From a bacterium (lineage in GTDB: Bacteria; Patescibacteriota; Patescibacteriia; Patescibacteriales; GWE2-39-37), in NCBI GenBank assembly GCA_037146995.1, contig JBAWWA010000002.1, forward strand, positions 1,955-65,954: a DNA stretch of 64,000 nt, written 5' to 3'. The translations under genes and the position numbers were made by a program. Every line of letters starts with the position of its first letter. The first letter of the stretch is position 1. Shown here piece after piece: positions 1 to 12,002 of this stretch. The notes beneath the pieces were generated by a model that saw nothing but the letters and a program-made list of their open reading frames with translations, did not search any database and was not told the DNA's origin.

Positions 1-67
1 TTGGTCTGATGGATTCATACATTATGCTTTAACCAAGGCTCATTCCAATTTATCGGCCTTTTTTTGA

Positions 68-451
68 TTAGAAAAATTTCCACCACGGTATTTTTTTCTC
101 ATCTTTAACTATCTGCTTTGCTGCTTTAGCATTTGAGACCTGCTGAATCATATTAACTATATGATTTTTTAAATTATTAATTTCTGCTTCAACTAGCGGT
201 CCATCATACTCACCAGCATGAGCACTTTGACCTTGATAGCTAGCCTGTTTTTGATCGATATGCAAACTAAAAGTGATTTGATTGCCAATCTCCTTAATAT
301 AACAATGATATCGAGGAAAATGATCTCTTGAAACTCGTTTAGCATAGCTATCTTTGCCTGTGTGATAACTCGTAATATGCGCATAACCAAAACGCTGCAA
401 AATTTCATGACCAGACATGGGTAGTTTATCTTTGTAGACTGAAAAATCCAT
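68..451 (-). CDS. hypothetical protein
   Basis: 127 aa ORF with ATG start and protein-like composition; no recognised family. Confidence 0.7.
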   Translation of the reverse strand: MDFSVYKDKLPMSGHEILQRFGYAHITSYHTGKDSYAKRVSRDHFPRYHCYIKEIGNQITFSLHIDQKQASYQGQSAHAGEYDGPLVEAEINNLKNHIVNMIQQVSNAKAAKQIVKDEKKIPWWKFF

Positions 452-521
452 ATTATTCTAATTTAATATTTCAACTTATCGGCTAGAATTGTGCTCATAT
501 CTTATAGTATACCACAAAATA

Positions 522-549
522 AAACAACCTACGTTGCCGTAGGTTGTTT
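522..549 (-). terminator. intrinsic terminator-like hairpin after RRM gene
   Basis: aaacaacctacg-ttgc-cgtaggttgttt inverted repeat. Confidence 0.7.
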
Positions 550-568
550 CTATATTCAAATCGGTAAT

Positions 569-883
569 TTACCAGCTTGAAGTACGTGGTGCGCGATCAC
601 CACCGCGATCGAAATCACGACGTGGAGGGCGAGCTTCCATTGGACGAGCTTCGTTGACCGTAATAGTACGACCATCTAACTCCTTGCCATTGAACATGTC
701 AATAGCCTGTTTTCCAGCTGCGTCATCAGCGAATTCAACGAAACCGAAGCCTTTTGAGCGACCAGTCATTTTATCCTTGATAACAATAGCAGAAGCAACT
801 TCACCAGCCTGCGCAAAATATTCGCGCAATGATTCGTCGGTTGTACCCCATGAAAGAGATCCGACAAACAATTTAATAGCCAT
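569..883 (-). CDS. RRM-domain RNA-binding protein
   Basis: RNP2 (LFVGSL) and RNP1 (KGFGFVEF) motifs, Arg/Gly-rich tail. Confidence 0.95.
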   Translation of the reverse strand: MAIKLFVGSLSWGTTDESLREYFAQAGEVASAIVIKDKMTGRSKGFGFVEFADDAAGKQAIDMFNGKELDGRTITVNEARPMEARPPRRDFDRGGDRAPRTSSW

Positions 884-1010
884 ATGCAGTTTTTACTTAG
901 AATTGAAGAACAATTCTATCTTTATAACGTAAGAGCGACCTTTCCTGCTCTCTCTCATCACTTGCATACGCATTAACGAGATACTAACGTGGAATCACTT
1001 ACTTAATATG

Positions 1011-1039
1011 AGAATAGCATATAATACTAGCAAAGTCAA
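1011..1039 (-). promoter_or_regulatory. sigma70-type promoter of RRM gene
   Basis: TTGACT-17 nt-TATTCT on minus strand with TG extended -10. Confidence 0.55.
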
Positions 1040-1042
1040 CAT

Positions 1043-1336
1043 TTAATCGGGCAACTTAGCGATAATTACGCCGTCACCACCTTCCAATATTTTGCCCATC
1101 CTATGGCTTATTTCCAAACGCTTGAGAATATCTATGGTCATTTCTTGGATAATTGCCCGTCCATCAGGAGAATGCAGCCCCTTGCCGGTTATGATTTTTA
1201 TATATTTCAGACGCTCTCGTACTACATCTCTTAAGAATAAATATAATTCCCTTTCAGCTGCCTTTTCAGTCAACCCGTGCAAATCGATTTCTGCCTCAAT
1301 TTTTAAGCAATGTTTATTATTTTTTCTAATTCCCAT
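1043..1336 (-). CDS. stand-alone Smr domain protein
   Basis: IDLHGLT, IITGKGLHS and GGDG motifs. Confidence 0.9.
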   Translation of the reverse strand: MGIRKNNKHCLKIEAEIDLHGLTEKAAERELYLFLRDVVRERLKYIKIITGKGLHSPDGRAIIQEMTIDILKRLEISHRMGKILEGGDGVIIAKLPD

Positions 1337-1412
1337 ACTAACTATGTATTTTTATAAATTTATTATACATACTATAATTATAGCCAAGTAACCTTGGTAG
1401 GGCTAGTTCTTC

Positions 1413-1649
1413 ATGAGGGTAGCCGAAAAAATGATCAAGCATCAAAAAGCAGAAATAGAGGCCTTAACTGCCAAGTCTCAAAAAGACTGGGAAGCGATTT
1501 GGTCAGATACTATATCAGACAGAGAACTCAACAAGCTTGCCCAAAGCAAACTCAAAGAGCTTGGCTATCAGGAAAAAAGACAACTTATTAAAGAAGTCGG
1601 GCACAAAAATGCCAACATTAAGACGCTCGAGCTTATTTCTCCAGCTTAA
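1413..1649 (+). CDS. small hypothetical protein (start may be 1431)
   Basis: 78 aa charged helical ORF filling an intergenic gap. Confidence 0.5.
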   Translation: MRVAEKMIKHQKAEIEALTAKSQKDWEAIWSDTISDRELNKLAQSKLKELGYQEKRQLIKEVGHKNANIKTLELISPA

Positions 1650-1835
1650 AACTAAGCCACCAACAAAAATTAGCGGCTTTTTACCTACAAAAAAGCTAAA
1701 AAAATATCTGAAACTATAATACTTAATACCACTAGAGCTCCATTTTGACAGAGGTAGTAAGTATGATATAGTTGCAATCAGTCAGGTAATACAATCTAAC
1801 ATGACCTTTCAAAAACTACAACCAAGGAGGTTACA

Positions 1836-2984
1836 ATGACAAAACAAAACATCAAGCAACCGAGTCACCAACCATCAACTTACGAAGAAAAACTTATTAG
1901 CCTGTCTCATGAATATGGTGGTTGGATAAATGCTCACACACATCTTGATCGAGCCAATACTTTGGACTCATGTTTCTGGGCACATGCAGGAATCGACCCA
2001 TTGGAAGCTGGCACTTTCCCTTTGTCAGTCAAGCAAAGTCTAACCGGTGAGCTTCACAAAGGCATTGCCTATACTAAAAAAAGTCTGCAAAGCAGAATGA
2101 GGCAACAGCTTGGACAATCGGTCCGTAATAACACCAAGGAGATCGTCTCGCTCATTGATGCCACCCCTGACATTGGTATGATTGCAATTGAAACTGCCCT
2201 GAAGCTTAAAGAAGAATTTACAAGCAAGATCAATTTTAAAATTGGCCCGCAGCCAATCTTCGGATTCAAGCAAAAAAATTCTGATCGTTGGCAACTTTTT
2301 AAAGAGGCCGCCAAGCTAAGCGATGTCTTAGGCGGCCTACCAGAGAAAGACGATACGGAAAATCGCATTGGTTATAATCAACACCTCAAGCTCGTGCTCG
2401 AGCTTGGCATGGAACTGGACAAAGAAGTACAGATTCATGTTGACCAAGCCAATAGTCCGGCAGAACATGGCACCGAAACCCTAATCGAAGCCAGCAAATG
2501 GCTTTGTGACACAAAAAGTCTAAGTAGTGGCGCACCTCTGATTTGGGCTGTGCATGCAATCTCGCCGGCCTGCTACGACGAGTACCGCTTTAAAATCCTC
2601 TTGGATAATTTAAAAAAGGAAAACATTGGTATTATTTGTTGTCCGCGCGCCGCATTGTCGATGCGCCAACTCCGTCCCATCAACGCACCACTGCACAACA
2701 GCATTACCAGACTACTTGAGATTATTAAATGGGAAATTCCCGTTCGCCTCGGCACCGACAACATTAGCGATATTTTTATTCCAACCGGCTCAAACAATCT
2801 TCTAAATGAGATTACTTATCTAGCTGATTGCCTACGTTATTATATGACCAAGTTGTGGGTAAAAATTGCTTGTGGCGAAGTACCGAACGACATGGATCGT
2901 GCCAGTATCTCACGCGCTCTTTATGAAGACAATAAAGCCTTTCGTGATTATGCACCTGACTTTCCTCGACTCAATGAACTTTAA
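1836..2984 (+). CDS. amidohydrolase superfamily protein, cytosine deaminase-like
   Basis: HTHLD metal motif, IHVDQ, HAIS, GTDN; strong SD AAGGAGG. Confidence 0.8.
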   Translation: MTKQNIKQPSHQPSTYEEKLISLSHEYGGWINAHTHLDRANTLDSCFWAHAGIDPLEAGTFPLSVKQSLTGELHKGIAYTKKSLQSRMRQQLGQSVRNNTKEIVSLIDATPDIGMIAIETALKLKEEFTSKINFKIGPQPIFGFKQKNSDRWQLFKEAAKLSDVLGGLPEKDDTENRIGYNQHLKLVLELGMELDKEVQIHVDQANSPAEHGTETLIEASKWLCDTKSLSSGAPLIWAVHAISPACYDEYRFKILLDNLKKENIGIICCPRAALSMRQLRPINAPLHNSITRLLEIIKWEIPVRLGTDNISDIFIPTGSNNLLNEITYLADCLRYYMTKLWVKIACGEVPNDMDRASISRALYEDNKAFRDYAPDFPRLNEL

Positions 2985-3007
2985 ATGAAGGTTTAATCAC
3001 TCAAAAC

Positions 3008-3045
3008 AAAAGATGATTTTAACACTAAAATCATCTTTTTTTATT
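3008..3045 (+). terminator. intrinsic terminator
   Basis: aaaagatgattttaacactaaaatcatctttt hairpin followed by T-run. Confidence 0.65.
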
Positions 3046-3175
3046 TTAAAAATATCTGTAGAAATACCTAACCGATAACAGCTACGGCTAAAGGAATATT
3101 TACCTTAATAAAATTAAAAGTATTACCCATCACAATTTATGCAGCGGCAAGATACTCTTCACCTTCACCAACCAA

Positions 3176-3219
3176 CACATAATAAAACAGGCTCCATCTG
3201 GAGCCTGTTTTATTATGTG
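3176..3219. terminator. 21 bp perfect inverted repeat downstream of tRNA-Ser
   Basis: cacataataaaacaggctcca-tc-tggagcctgttttattatgtg. Confidence 0.75.
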
Positions 3220-3284
3220 CGGAAGATGAGGGATTTACCCCTTCTCTTCGCTAGGGAGTATAAACTTCTCATTCCTTTCTTGAT
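3219..3284 (-). repeat. tRNA-associated structured element plus 17 bp duplicate of the tRNA-Ser 3' end
   Basis: gcggaagatgagggatt at 3219-3235 repeats 3287-3303; intervening sequence aligns with 50339-50388. Confidence 0.75.
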
Positions 3285-3374
3285 TGGCGGAAGATGAGGG
3301 ATTCGAACCCTCGAAGGCTTTGACACCTTACCCGCTTTCCAAGCGAGCGCACTCGACCTCTATGCGAACCTTCC
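3285..3374 (-). tRNA. tRNA-Ser(GGA)
   Basis: cloverleaf with long variable arm, anticodon loop TTGGAAA, GGTTCGAATCC T-arm, encoded CCA. Confidence 0.95.
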
Positions 3375-3435
3375 TATGAATAATGCTTGCCCAACAGACA
3401 AGCATTATATTAAGCTAAATTTATTTTAAGGTCAA

Positions 3436-4311
3436 TTATTTTTTTTGCAGCTGTTTATTGATTATACTACGTAATCCTTCCATATAGCTACCATCACCAT
3501 GTTTGCCATCGTCCATGGGTGTAGCCCCATTAACCACTTGCCCGTTTACAAAGGTTGTCGGCGTACCAATAACACCAAATTGTTTTGCCTTTTCTGCTTG
3601 AGCCAAAATAACATCCTTGTATTTTTCAGCCTTGTAGCAGGCGTCAAACTTCTGTGTGTTTAATTTTAAATTTTTAGCCATAAAAGAAAATCTCTCACTG
3701 AATAACTGATTTTTAGCCGTGGCCTTAAAAAATTCATCAGACATTTCCCAAAATTTACCTTGCTCGTTTGCACATTCGGCAGCAATAGCAGCTGGTAGAG
3801 CCGTTTGATGAGCGGTCGAAAGAGGAAAATGTCTGAAAGCTATCACTATTTTATTGCCAAACTCTTTTCTTGCCTGATTAATAATTTCACTAAATAAAGC
3901 AGTTGAGGGACAATCAAAATCACCATAAATAATTATCTGTACTGGCGCATTAGCATCACCTCTCACATGATCGGTTGCCGAAATTGGCTCAATGGTTTTA
4001 ATTTTTACAATTTCATCTTTTCCTAGAACCTCTGAGACATCAATTTTCTTAACCTCTTTACTATCATTTGCAATATCGCTATAACTAGGCTTGTTGGGTT
4101 GTAACGACTCACCGACTGAATCAGTAACAGGTTCGACAACAGAGGTAGTTGCAAAATTTTCAGTCTGCTCACCAACATTACTAGTAAGTTTTTTTAGCTG
4201 CAGCGTTTTATTAAATTGCAAATACACAAATGCAATTATAAATAAAAAAATCACCGCACTAGTCAAGATAATTTTATTGTTATTTTGTTCATCCTTCCTT
4301 TTGAATAGCAT
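3436..4311 (-). CDS. membrane-anchored DsbA/thioredoxin-fold protein (CPST active site)
   Basis: N-terminal TM, DHVRG..APV, FRHFPL, GTPT cis-Pro motif. Confidence 0.9.
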   Translation of the reverse strand: MLFKRKDEQNNNKIILTSAVIFLFIIAFVYLQFNKTLQLKKLTSNVGEQTENFATTSVVEPVTDSVGESLQPNKPSYSDIANDSKEVKKIDVSEVLGKDEIVKIKTIEPISATDHVRGDANAPVQIIIYGDFDCPSTALFSEIINQARKEFGNKIVIAFRHFPLSTAHQTALPAAIAAECANEQGKFWEMSDEFFKATAKNQLFSERFSFMAKNLKLNTQKFDACYKAEKYKDVILAQAEKAKQFGVIGTPTTFVNGQVVNGATPMDDGKHGDGSYMEGLRSIINKQLQKK

Positions 4312-4318
4312 ATTGTTT

Positions 4319-5788
4319 TTATATTTTAGCTTTAGCTAAATGAAAATTTGTAACTTTTTGATACTGATGACCGACTTGTAATAATTTATTCTCATCAAAC
4401 CTCGAACCAATTAACTGGAAAGCAAGAGGCAATTGTTTGCCATCAATCTCTGAAAAACCGCATGGTACTGACATAGCTGGTAGCCCGGCCAATGATGGGC
4501 TAGTAACGAAGATGTCCTCCAAATACATCTTGAGCGGGTCATTGGCCTGCTCACCAATCTTAAAGGCTGGATGAGGCGAAACTGGCGTCAACAACAAATC
4601 AACTTCCCTAAGTACCTGATCCAATTCTTCTTTAATTATAGTCCTAACTCTCTGGGCTTGCAAATAATAAGCATCAAAATAGCCCGCAGACAAAGCATAA
4701 GTACCAAGCATAATTCTTCGCTTTGCCTCTTCACCAAAACCCCGCCCGCGAGTCCTGTTATAAACGTCCTGCAAATTCTTTTCCTCGAGGTAAGTAGAAA
4801 AGCCATAACGGATACCGTCATGACGAGCTAGGTTTGAACTTAACTCTGATGGCGTCAAGATATAATAAACTGGCACAGCGTATTTAGTATGCGACAATTT
4901 AACTGACACAAATTCTGCGCCCAATTGCTTTAACTGTTCGATTGCCCGATTAACCGCTTGCGTTACCGACTCAGCAGTACCATCCGTAAAATATTCCTCA
5001 GGTAAACCGATTTTAAGTCCCTTAATACTATTACCCAGATTTTCGTTATAATTAACAATTTTTTCATCAACTGTTGTGGCATCAAATTTATCCAAGCCAG
5101 AAATGGCTTTCTGTACCGTCGCCACATCTTCAACCGTTTTGCATAAGGCACCTGGCACATCAGTCGAGCTAGTCATTGAGACCAAACCAAATCTTGAACT
5201 GCGACCATAAGTCGGTTTTAAACCAACCACACCACAAAAAGCGGCTGGACAGCGAATAGAGCCACCCGTATCGGTACCCAAGGCAAACAAACACATATCG
5301 GCAGCTACGGCGGCAGCCGAGCCACCTGATGAACCACCAGGGACACGCGCTAAATCCCAGGGATTATGAGTTACTCCAAAGGCGCTATTTTCTGTGGAGG
5401 CGCCATGAGCAAATTCATCAAGATTAACTTTGCCAAGCAGCACCGCCCCCGCCTCGCGCAATTTTTTAACGACAGTGGCGTCATAAGGTGCAATATAATT
5501 TTCAAGCATTTTTGAACTAGCCGTAGTTTTTATGCCACTGGTCAAAATATTATCCTTGCACAAATATGGAATACCTAGCAGTTCTCCCTTTTCGCCTTGA
5601 GCACGGCGCTCATCTGCTCTAACCGCTTCGGTCAAAGCCTCAGTTTCACACACCGTCAAGCAAGCGTGAATCATGGGATCAACCTCTTTTATCCGCAACA
5701 AACAAGCCTGAGTCAATTCAAGCGAAGTTATTTCGCCTTGTTCCAATTTTAATCGCGCCTCTCTTATTGTTAATTCGTTTAATTTCAT
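4319..5788 (-). CDS. gatA: Asp/Glu-tRNA amidotransferase subunit A
   Basis: amidase signature GGSSGGSAAAVA, GTDTGGSIR, RRIMLGTY. Confidence 0.98.
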   Translation of the reverse strand: MKLNELTIREARLKLEQGEITSLELTQACLLRIKEVDPMIHACLTVCETEALTEAVRADERRAQGEKGELLGIPYLCKDNILTSGIKTTASSKMLENYIAPYDATVVKKLREAGAVLLGKVNLDEFAHGASTENSAFGVTHNPWDLARVPGGSSGGSAAAVAADMCLFALGTDTGGSIRCPAAFCGVVGLKPTYGRSSRFGLVSMTSSTDVPGALCKTVEDVATVQKAISGLDKFDATTVDEKIVNYNENLGNSIKGLKIGLPEEYFTDGTAESVTQAVNRAIEQLKQLGAEFVSVKLSHTKYAVPVYYILTPSELSSNLARHDGIRYGFSTYLEEKNLQDVYNRTRGRGFGEEAKRRIMLGTYALSAGYFDAYYLQAQRVRTIIKEELDQVLREVDLLLTPVSPHPAFKIGEQANDPLKMYLEDIFVTSPSLAGLPAMSVPCGFSEIDGKQLPLAFQLIGSRFDENKLLQVGHQYQKVTNFHLAKAKI

Positions 5789-5862
5789 ACTCAATATCTT
5801 TATTCAAGACGAACCGTAATTTTATTTAAAAGGTTAAAACCTTACGATGAACTATCCTGATT

Positions 5863-6156
5863 TTATTCCAAAATTCGCTTAACTTTGATTTGTCCATCTT
5901 CACATTCTGGGGCTGAATTTATAGCAGCCAATCTTTCCTTGCTTGGCCAATCAAGCACGACATCTTCGCGCCAAGCATTTTCGAGGCCAGTAATCTGTGC
6001 TGTAGGCTCGACGCCAGTCGTATCAACCTCACGCAATTGGTCTATGTATGTCAAAACGCCAGACAACTGGTTGCCATAGCGCTCAACCTCCTCAATTGTC
6101 AACTCGAGCCTGGCAAGTCTGGCCACATGTTCTATTTCTTCTCTTGTTAATTTCAT
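5863..6156 (-). CDS. gatC: Asp/Glu-tRNA amidotransferase subunit C
   Basis: HVARLARL, VDTTGVEPT, RED motifs; adjacent to gatA. Confidence 0.97.
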   Translation of the reverse strand: MKLTREEIEHVARLARLELTIEEVERYGNQLSGVLTYIDQLREVDTTGVEPTAQITGLENAWREDVVLDWPSKERLAAINSAPECEDGQIKVKRILE

Positions 6157-6213
6157 TGTTTTAAACTGTCAATTATTTATCAAGGCGAATAAATGTCCAC
6201 CTTTACATGACGA

Positions 6214-9142
<2,929 letters not shown>

Positions 9143-9179
9143 AAATATAGTATTACTCCTCTGCTTTAATTATAATAGA

Positions 9180-11327
9180 TTAGCTAACTTTAAAATAGTC
9201 ATCCTGGGGAAATAATTTTGACCCAGCCTTATGTAAACTCTTAACTTTCAGTTTATCACCTTTGGTCTTGTATACCTCGATTTCGAGCTTAAGCCAATCA
9301 ACGTCCATGGGATCTAACCTTTTACCGGTTTTTATATACTCCAAAGCCATATCCAGCTGACCAAGCATAATAGATGTGTCAGCGGATTTCTTATAGACCA
9401 GCTTTTCCTCGCGTATAACCATGGTTCGATGCTCTAGATTCATCATTTTGTCAGTCGTATTTGGATAGAGCTTTATGGCATTATTATAGTGTATTATGGC
9501 CCTTGAGAAATCACCCACCCGATAATTTAGATCACCCCAAGCTAGCTCGACTAAGGCATAACCGCCAGTATTTTTTTTAAGCTGACTAAATTTATCATTT
9601 ATGAGCAAAAATAGCTGGCTCTGGCCGCTAGGTAAGCCTGGTGGCAACAATCTGGTCAAAACCATCAAGGTGCTTAATTTTGCCCTAAAGGTCTGCGGCT
9701 CGTTATCAGTATTTAATATTTTTTTTAACAGTAAATCAAAAGCATTTTTATCAATCACGCCCGAATCGAGATAGCTTAAGGTAGTAGCTAATAACTCAGC
9801 CCGGTAAAAACCCTCAAATTGGTTGGAAGGTGCTGTGACAGTAATTTTATTTGCCCAAACAAGATAGTCGTTTTGGTTGCGAGCCAGGTTAAGCTGACGA
9901 AAATAATGACTTGCCATGATGCCTTGAATATAAATAAAAGAGAGATAACCGAGGAATGGCAATATTATTATTAAATAATAACTCCGCTGCCCAAGAGTAA
10001 TGACCTGGCGCTCACTAACCAAGGCTAAAATTATTCCCAAAGTCAAAGCCAAATAACTGGCCGTTACGATAGTAATAAATGAAAACAATAAACTAACCAA
10101 AAAACCCAAGAGAGCAAGTAACAACAATTTAACCACTTTTTGCTCCTGCAAATCAAGGCGAGTTTTATATGCTTGCTTAATAACTCTTAGAACAAACCAG
10201 GCCAATATTAAAGCTACACTAAAAGTCACCAAGCCTGACTCAAAAATAAAATCGAGAAAAATATTATGCAGTCTGTCAGGATTGGCATTTATGGCCTCGA
10301 CAATTGCCCAACTGCCATTATAATAGCGATACAAATAAAGCTCTTGCGTGTCCTGACCATACCCGAGTAAGGGTTTTTTGGAAATTAAGTCTAAGCCGCT
10401 CCGGTAAAGCCCAAACCTATACGTCCCCTGATTTAAGCTAAAAGTGCTTAAAACACGATTACCAACCGAGCTATAATTAATAAAAATATTTTCACTGGCC
10501 GTATTTTTGGTTATTAAAAAACCAGCAGTCATGGCTAGCAACAAAAATGTCAACAAACAGACTGAATAAAGTATCCATTTCTTTGCCTTAAATTGCCTCA
10601 AATAAAAAATAAAACTGACCAATACGGCTGCAAATAAACCAAGCCAACCGCTACGACTTAAAGTAAAAACAAGCGTTAGCAACTGTAACAACCACGAGAT
10701 TAAATAAAGAAACTTTAATTTGCTCTTAGTTACTAAATACCCCCACCAACTAAAAGCTAGACTAAAGAGTAAATATGCTGCCAAATAATTTGGCTGACCT
10801 AAAGTGCTGGCCGCTCGCAGACGCACCGGGTCAAATATTTCATACTCATAAAAATCTAGACCGGCCACCTGAAGTAAACCATAGATACTAACCAAACTAG
10901 CCGCAGCAGTCAGGGCAAGCAAAAAATATCTTAATTTTTCTTGAATTAATGGCCACCAAGCAAATACTAAATATAATAATAACCACAGCTCGAGCTCTAA
11001 AAAAAAGCCAAAACCTCGCATGGCGGAACCAAAAAAGGCGACGCTGCGAAATTCAGAATTGCATGCGCTCAAAAATCTTAGTGTAAAATATAATGCCCAA
11101 AGGTACAGCAACTTTTTATTTTGCGGCAAGACAAGTTCTTTGGTTAAAAAACTTTTCACTACAAACAATAGTGCTAGCCAAAAAATAAATACGCTAAAGA
11201 CGAAAATTTTAAATAATTCAAAAGAGTGCCAAATTTGCGAATTAAAAACCAAGGGCAAAGCAAAAAAACCAGCGCTTAAGCTAATAATTATTAAATGATT
11301 AATTTTTGAAATTATTTTTTCCTGCAT
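9180..11327 (-). CDS. O-antigen ligase (Wzy_C) family membrane protein with TPR-like C-terminus; candidate pilin O-oligosaccharyltransferase
   Basis: STLGQPNYLAAYL, TLSRSGW, PLLGYG, HNIFL; about 12 TM helices. Confidence 0.85.
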   Translation of the reverse strand: MQEKIISKINHLIIISLSAGFFALPLVFNSQIWHSFELFKIFVFSVFIFWLALLFVVKSFLTKELVLPQNKKLLYLWALYFTLRFLSACNSEFRSVAFFGSAMRGFGFFLELELWLLLYLVFAWWPLIQEKLRYFLLALTAAASLVSIYGLLQVAGLDFYEYEIFDPVRLRAASTLGQPNYLAAYLLFSLAFSWWGYLVTKSKLKFLYLISWLLQLLTLVFTLSRSGWLGLFAAVLVSFIFYLRQFKAKKWILYSVCLLTFLLLAMTAGFLITKNTASENIFINYSSVGNRVLSTFSLNQGTYRFGLYRSGLDLISKKPLLGYGQDTQELYLYRYYNGSWAIVEAINANPDRLHNIFLDFIFESGLVTFSVALILAWFVLRVIKQAYKTRLDLQEQKVVKLLLLALLGFLVSLLFSFITIVTASYLALTLGIILALVSERQVITLGQRSYYLIIILPFLGYLSFIYIQGIMASHYFRQLNLARNQNDYLVWANKITVTAPSNQFEGFYRAELLATTLSYLDSGVIDKNAFDLLLKKILNTDNEPQTFRAKLSTLMVLTRLLPPGLPSGQSQLFLLINDKFSQLKKNTGGYALVELAWGDLNYRVGDFSRAIIHYNNAIKLYPNTTDKMMNLEHRTMVIREEKLVYKKSADTSIMLGQLDMALEYIKTGKRLDPMDVDWLKLEIEVYKTKGDKLKVKSLHKAGSKLFPQDDYFKVS

Positions 11328-11344
11328 TTGTGTATTGTATCAAT

Positions 11345-11380
11345 AAAACAAAAAACCCGCCAAGGCAGGTTTTTTGTTTT
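11345..11380 (-). terminator. intrinsic terminator after pilin gene
   Basis: aaaacaaaaaacccgcc-aa-ggcaggttttttgtttt. Confidence 0.7.
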
Positions 11381-11411
11381 AAATTCCTAATAGGATCCAA
11401 TAAGAATTCAA

Positions 11412-11846
11412 CTAATTGCTAATTTCACCAGGAGCTGCAGTATGAGCACCTGTATTTAATTCACCAGTCTTACCATTTAAAGTGAATGGTATATCGTAAG
11501 AAATTAACTCAGGATTAGCCAATGAAGTAGTTGCATGATAAACATAATTACCACCGCCGTACTTTGGCGTTTGCGCCATATAAGCTACGTAATCAGACGT
11601 ACCCTTGGTGCCTGTCGAAATTGAAGTCGGTAAAAAACCGCCATTCGAAGCAGGATAAGTACTCCAGTCATTTCGAAACAACTCAAGAGCTGTCTGAACG
11701 CTTTTAACATCTGAAACTATTTTGGCGTCTTGTGCCTTGGTACGAGCATTATTCAAAGAGATAACTGCCAAAGTTGACAGGATACCGATAATCGCGATAA
11801 CAACGAGCAACTCAATTAATGTAAAGCCTTTTTGATTTTTATTCAT
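11412..11846 (-). CDS. type IV pilin / GspG-like pilin
   Basis: class III signal KG|FTLIELLVVIAIIG; strong SD AAGGAGGT. Confidence 0.95.
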   Translation of the reverse strand: MNKNQKGFTLIELLVVIAIIGILSTLAVISLNNARTKAQDAKIVSDVKSVQTALELFRNDWSTYPASNGGFLPTSISTGTKGTSDYVAYMAQTPKYGGGNYVYHATTSLANPELISYDIPFTLNGKTGELNTGAHTAAPGEISN

Positions 11847-12002
11847 TATTTCACCTCCTTTCTAATTATTAAATATGTTTATTAAAAAACAGTTATCCAC
11901 ATTATAACATAAATTTATATATAACCGGTAGTGGCAAGGCAAGTAAGCAATAATTCAATCAATTATTTTTTTAAAACAATCACTCTAAAACAACTCACCA
12001 CA

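Noticed and set aside
1-45. Possible start of a minus-strand gene running off the window
   Set aside because: Too little sequence to choose a frame or product
3219-3303. tRNA 3'-end duplications as attL/attR of a prophage or island
   Set aside because: Only 50-65 bp lie between the copies and no integrase or phage genes are present; reported instead as a miniature element
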